Assembly (NCBI GenBank): GCA_951406725.2
Contig: OX597834.1
Location: 14,942,001 to 15,006,000 of the forward strand
DNA from: Octopus vulgaris
Taxonomy: Eukaryota
Reading direction: 5' to 3'
DNA length: 64,000 bases
The translations under genes and the position numbers were made by a program. The notes beneath the pieces were generated by a model, which did not search any database, was not told the DNA's origin, and was given only the letters and a program-made list of their open reading frames with translations. Position 1 is the first letter of the stretch, and the number at the start of each line of letters is the position of its first letter. This document shows positions 57,330-64,000 of the stretch, one piece after another.

Positions 57330-58317
57330 TATTCCACGGGTTAATGCAGGTGTCGTTATTGCTGTTGTCGAGTTCTAAGTCAAACATTGAGTGATGAGTT
57401 CAAATCTTTAGTCATTTACTTGCTTTCTCGTGAATGTATCTCTGCCGTTTTCTTCGGAGGAGTTTTGGAATATGACTGAACGAATGATGACGAGTGAAGT
57501 GAAAAACAATATAGGTACAGAGGTACGAATCTAATTATGAGCATGCGGGTTTTATATGGAGTTACCTTTCCTTCGATGGAGAGCTAAAGGGCCGAAGGAT
57601 TTTATTTGGCATTTTAATTTTTTTTTTTTTTGTTGAGGTGTGTGTGAGTTACCCTCTTCCCGAGGCATTTTTAGAGTAGATTATAAATAATTGGATCAAG
57701 CTTTTCTCGCTCAGTGTTTAATACTAATAGCATCTACGTCGAAACCCGTTCTAGGCTAACCAAAACAAGACACGAAATCAACAATTTCAACTCATCAAGA
57801 TTCGATGAGTAAACACAGAAAACGAACATAATTAAATAACAATATTAATTAATTTCCCTTCCTTCTAATAGCAGGTTATGTCATCAACAGCTCTATCATA
57901 TTCCCTCATTACAAAACCTAGATTTTTCTCGTCGTGCAACTTGTTCTTTTTAACTGAACATAATTATATTTTTCGTATTTAATTCTTTCTTTTTCGGTTC
58001 GTATCATTTTTCTTCCGTTGTTTCCTAAAATTCTTTGTTTTGTTTTCTAAGAATTTAAAATGTGACGAACGAAACCATTCTTTATTTTATTTCCTATAAA
58101 CGTCATTAGTGATAACACAATCTTTACTCTCAAGTCTGTTTCTATTTTTAAATTTGATTCCAATTCGGTTTGGTTTACACAATTTTCATTAAACTGTTAA
58201 CACTACCTTCCAAAATACTTCTCCATATACACATATGAGTGTATACATTCACACATATATTTACATAAATATACATACATATATACATATAAATATATAC
58301 ATTTGTGTTTGTGTATA

Positions 58318-58375
<58 letters not shown>

Positions 58376-58443
58376 CGCCTAATAATAATAATACCGTAAT
58401 TGTTCCACGTGTTGTTGTTTTTTCTGTTTTCCCGTTTGGATTA

Positions 58444-58492
<49 letters not shown>

Positions 58493-58498
58493 GTATAT

Positions 58499-58551
<53 letters not shown>

Positions 58552-58606
58552 TATATATATATACAAACACAAATATATATATATATACACACAAAAACAA
58601 ATATGT

Positions 58607-58646
<40 letters not shown>

Positions 58647-59232
58647 TTTGCTGCGTTGCTGGTGGATGGGCGTGGGTAGATTGGAGATCGGGTATTTTTA
58701 TCGTGTGAACAATATGGCGGAAATGACATTAAAAGCATTTCTCTTTAAGCATCCTCTTCTGTCACATCTTTAACAAAGCTAAACACTTTGCGGTTTTTAC
58801 TCCTACGTTTTACAAATCGCTATTATTTTACACTGTCTTCATGTCTCCTTCCGCGATTTTTACCTTTTCGTTTTCGTTTCTTTGCTTGCTTTATTTTGTT
58901 CTTACATTTTTCTGTCTTCCTCTTTATCGCTTACAATGTCTCCCTCCTTCTCCATCTCTTTTGTCTCATTAACTCACCAATACCATTCATTATCTCACCT
59001 CTCACTCTCTCCACTCTCTCTGTCTCACTCACTCTCTCTCTCTCTCTCACACTCACACACACACACACACTATATTTCTGGTTGTCAATTCTCTAGTCTC
59101 AAACGTCTCCGTAAACGTTTTCTCTAAATAATTTGGAAATCTGTATAGTCAAAAACAATGTATCGGAGCGCCAGACAAAATATCAATGGCTGGTATCACA
59201 TGATTAAACAAATCTATACATCTATACGTTAT

Positions 59233-59403
59233 AGACGTAGGGATGGGTGTGTGGTAAGTAGCTTGCTTACCAACCACATGGTTCTGTGTTCAGATCCATT
59301 GCGTGGCACATCGTCCAAGTGTCTTCTACTAAGGTCCTACCAAATCTTGTGAGTGGATTTGGTCGACGGAAACTGAAAGAAGCCCGTCGTATATATATAT
59401 ATG

Positions 59404-59472
<69 letters not shown>

Positions 59473-59645
59473 GTATGTATTATGTGCGTGTGTGTTTACG
59501 TCCTCGTAACTTAGCTGTTCGGCAAAAGAGACCGATAGAGTAAGTACTAGGCTTGCAAAGAATAAGATCTTGGCTATATTTCTTCGATTAAAGGTAGTGC
59601 TCCAGCATGGCTACAGTCAAATGACTGAAACAAATAAAAGAAAAA
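59233..59645 (+). mobile_element. SINE family B, moderately diverged
   Basis: Head, internal (TA)n and gcatggctacagtcaaatgactgaaac tail. Confidence 0.88.
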
Positions 59646-59919
59646 TAAATAAAAGAACAAAGAATCTCCCAAGATAAGTAAAAATCTGGAGCCAAAATCA
59701 GAGCCACTTTGTGGCTGCTTGTGTTCCTGGAAATAGCAGTCAGATGTCTCTTAAGTCATATGCTAACAAACCTGAAAATATTTGGACATATTAAATGAAA
59801 TTGCCCAAGGCACTTCATGACAAAATTTGGGGAGGGTTACGACTAGAGAAGGCCTTCCATCATAAAGTCGCACCCCTAGTGCTTATCTAGAGGTCAGCAT
59901 CAACAAATTTCACCCCAGT

Positions 59920-60186
59920 GAGCAGCGAACTCGCGGTCGAGGGATCGCGGGTTCGAACCTCAGATCGGGCGATGCCTGTGTTTATGAGCGAATCACCTAA
60001 GCGCCACGCGGCTCCGTCAGGACTTCTGCTGATTCTTTCGCCACAACTTTCTCTCACTCTTTCCTCCTGCATCTTGCAGCTCACCTGCGACGGACCGGCG
60101 TACCGTCCAGGCTGGGGAACCTATACGCCAAGGAAACTGGGAAATCGGCCCTTATGGGCCAGGCATGGTTCGAGAAGGAACAAACA
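59920..60186 (+). mobile_element. SINE A2-type, diverged
   Basis: gcagcgaactcgcggtc...ggttcgaacc...ctttcgccacaactttctctcactc...ctgcgacggaccggcgtaccgtccagg. Confidence 0.8.
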
Positions 60187-61569
60187 TACTGAAAGCATTA
60201 ACAATATACTATTAAACAACACACAGTTACGCAATAACTAAATGTAGCAGAAACAGGTCGCAGTTTTGACAACATATTGCGTTAAGTGAATTTGACGCTC
60301 TTTGTGTGTCTGTGAATATCAAACTTATGTATTTCAGTTTACGATCGCCAATTATATTTTCGTTGTTTTTCCCTATAAAGAACGGAAGATAACTGCGTAC
60401 GTGTTCCGTTCGGTCTTACTCTTAATCTCATTATCAAATCATAACCTTTAATATGTTAGTCAATATATTGATGAAATGATCACTGAGTAAATTTTACAAG
60501 AGCTTGCGCTCGGTGTTGCAGTATAATTATAATACCCTGAGAATTGATAATACATAAACATCAACCGTATGGAAAATAATAGTTGAATCAGTGTGAACAA
60601 ATATAAATGCTGATCACAGCGATATGTCATTCATATGTATGAAACCTTAGATAGTAATATCATGAGACTGGTATATTGTAACAAAGAGTAAAATTTGAAT
60701 ATTAGACTTATCGGTTTGCAGTAGTTGCTATTAAAATTTGTGTATATATACGATGTATGCTACTCTTTGTATATGTAAATTGTGTGATCGAGACTTCATT
60801 CTCACCGAAGTTACTTAAAATTCTAGAATTTGTTAATGTTTCGTATCAGCAGATTTGAGTACAACGAACTAATACGGTGGTCATTTAGTAATGAAAATAT
60901 CGGTTAAATCTCTTGTCAATTACGTACAGCTTACACGAAGTAAACAAAAGTTCAAAGAATAACTCTCCAAAACAAGAGGCCTACGGGAGTTAGTCATGGA
61001 AACCCCAGTAGATAGGGACTGTGGGAATCTCGTCGTTGATGTGTGTGTCCGTGTGTTATCGACGAGGCACGAAGCGGTGAGTTCTGGGGGCGAGTTCTCG
61101 GTATCGAGCACGAGCACGAGTGCGGCCGCCGGTGTTATGGCGGGGACTAAGTCTGAGTAGTATACAGTCAAAATGATCAGGAACGCAAGTGGCTTTTTGC
61201 GGTTGCCCTTCTCTAATCGACAGGCAAATGCTCAGTACAGGACTGCCACTCTCATTGACCATTTTAAATTGTTGAGAGGCAGCACTTTCCGCTCTGCCCT
61301 AATTTCCTTTGAAATTTGACCTAAGGCGAAGTTACCTGACTCCAGACATTTCACTCTGAACAATCACATAACGTCTGATAAGGGCTAGCAGCCGTCTCGG
61401 GCCGAAGAAACTGTAAGATGCACTTGACAATAAACTTAGCTGATAACCACATCTGTCGATATGTAACAACTGCTGTTCCACATAACACCACAACACAGCA
61501 GCGCTCAGATAGCGGACGAATGATCCGATGATCTCAACAATTAGTTTATTGATAAGAAAGATTTATAAC

Positions 61570-61858
61570 CCCAAAAGGATTAAAGGCAAAGTAGACCTCG
61601 GCGGAATTTGAACTCAGAACGTAGCGGCAGACGAAATACCTATTTCTTTACAACCCACAAGGGGCTAAACACAGAGAGGACAAACAAGGACAGATAAACG
61701 GATTAAGTCGATTATGTCGACCCCAGTGCAGTGCGTAACTGGTACTTATTTTTATTCGACCCCGAAAGGATGAAAGTTAAAGTCGACCACGGCGGAAGCT
61801 GAACTCAGAACGTAACGGCAGACGAAATACCGCTAAGCATTTCGCCCGGCGTGCTAAC
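61570..61858 (-). mobile_element. SINE family C dimer, partial
   Basis: Two ggcggaa.ttgaactcagaacgta.cggcagacgaaatacc units with the same junction as 47218-47640. Confidence 0.88.
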
Positions 61859-61928
61859 ATGACCGAAAGCTTACCGTTTTATAATAATGATAATGATGAT
61901 TATGATGATGATGATGATGATGATGATG

Positions 61929-61992
<64 letters not shown>

Positions 61993-63779
61993 TAAGGATG
62001 ACGGTAATAGACGCCGTTAGTTGAATTACAACAACAAAAACATTGTCACGGAAACTTTTCGCGGATGTAAGCGACAATAAACATTAATTTACAATATTTT
62101 ACACTCGACTGTATGATTACTGATTATATAGGAAGAAATAAGCGTTTGAATTTTATGTTGACATGAGTAGAATATGTACTGAATACAAAGCTATTTAATA
62201 GTACTTTATTGATGATATCAAGGAAATATTTCAGAAATAATGGTTGATTTGATGACAAACTTCTCGTTGGATTGTCACGGTAACGTAACTGTCTGCTTTG
62301 TTTCCCAGCAGCAGATCATTTCCTGTCTAATAAATTGTATGAACGCCATTTTGAATTCGACTATTGAAATAGTTTATATTTTGCGTCGATGAATGTGATG
62401 TAAAAGGAAATTATAATAGCATCCACTAGTCAAATATGTTGTTGGTAGGCGTAAAAGGTAACGTTTGTTCTTGATTTATAACATATTTCGCTGAATTAAA
62501 ACAAAGAGCGTTTGGAACACCAAAAAAAAAAAAAAAACATATTTAGTACTGTTAACAAATAAAGTAAAGATAATTATATTGTGTTGTCGTTTAAAAAAAA
62601 CATGGCAGAAACAAAAATAAAATGATATTTAGAATCAATTCTATTCAACATGTTTTTGTATGTTTGGACATCAATGAGCAGGGTGAACCGAGACACAATA
62701 TAATCTTAGTTAGATTTTATAAATGTTATCATGCACACACACACACAGAATGAAAAGGTGTGTGTGTGTACGTATACAAGTATGAAGTGACGGGTGTGTA
62801 CGTGTGTGTGTGCGCCTGCACATGTGTGTGTATGTGTGTAAACAAACACACAACCGCACAGATATGTATATGCATATATACATATACAGTAATATATATA
62901 TACACATATGCATACATATATGTATACATATATACACATATGTTTATATCTAAATATATATATATATGCATCTATGTATGTATGTGTATATATATATATG
63001 TGTGTGTATGTATGTATGTATGTATGTATATATATATATATATATACATATATATGTATGTATATATATGTACGTATATATATATATATATATATATATG
63101 TAAGTATGTATGTATGTACGTACGTATGTATGTATGAATGTATGTATGTATGTATGTATGTATGTATGTATGTATGTATGTATGTATGTATGAATGATAA
63201 CAGAAAGAGATATAGAGAAAGAGAGAACGTTTTTCACAATAATTCTTTTCTGATAAAGAGGAAAGAGAAAATGTTTTTGCTTTTGGAAGCCAAAAACTAC
63301 GCGAGATGTAAGTAAAAAGTAACAAAATTACTGAGACAAGTTATTGGTATAAAATTTTGTCATTTATTTCGATATTTCTGGTCTACCACATCCTCCACAG
63401 TTAAAAGGAATCGTAGATTTGTTGATATGTGCTAGATTTTTTTCCCTCTGTATTGTATGGATGTGTGAAAACGTAATCTTTCTAGATAATGCTTCATTCT
63501 GTGTTCAGTTCCGTTGTCCAATTCAGGGAATTATTTTCTGCGTTACACGGGTTTCTAGCAAACATTCGACCGAGGCTAACCTACGGTTCGATATGTTGAA
63601 ACGGACTTTCGTGAGTTGGCTGGAGCAACCTTAAGTATCCTTCCATACACCCAAGAGTACATTCAAACACATACACTCACAAGCACACAAAGACACACAC
63701 AAACACACACACATACATACACACACACATACATACACACACACACACAAATATATTCTGTTATTTTTTTATTCCTTCA

Positions 63780-64000
63780 ACTGTTTCAGTCATGTGACTG
63801 CGGCCATGCCCGCCCAAGTCCTTTAGTCGAACAAATCAACGCCAGGTATCATTCTTTGTAAGCCTTATTCTATTGGACCCTTTTGCCCAACCGCTAAGTT
63901 ATGGGGATGTAGACACACCAACATCGGTTGTCAAGCAATAGTGAAGAGACAAACACAAACACACACACATGCACACATAACCTCACACACCCTCACACAC
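63780..64000 (-). mobile_element. SINE family B, 3' half running off the window
   Basis: tgtttcagtcatgtgactgcggccatg...ccgctaagttatgggga...catcggttgtcaagcaat. Confidence 0.8.

Overview
Eukaryotic, AT-rich, microsatellite-saturated genomic DNA with no complete protein-coding gene. The repeat families and the density of (TA)n, (CA)n, (GATA)n and (AAT)n suggest an octopus/coleoid intron or gene desert; this is an inference, not a database result. Almost every ORF in the track is translated microsatellite or SINE sequence. Supported content: many copies of three SINE families (called A, B and C here), decayed R4/Dong-type non-LTR retrotransposon ends with restriction-like endonuclease motifs inside (TAA)n, a non-coding (TAA)n-embedded retroelement, Penelope-like remnants with hammerhead-like cores and long foldbacks, a complete non-autonomous Helitron, a Tc1/mariner MITE and a 1.2-kb 25-bp minisatellite. 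The most anomalous object is a 353-bp, ~67% GC, CpG-rich non-coding block (25970-26322) sitting exactly at the axis of a ~115-bp AT-rich inverted repeat. One plausible short coding exon lies at 29858-29949. All coordinates and alignments were read by eye.
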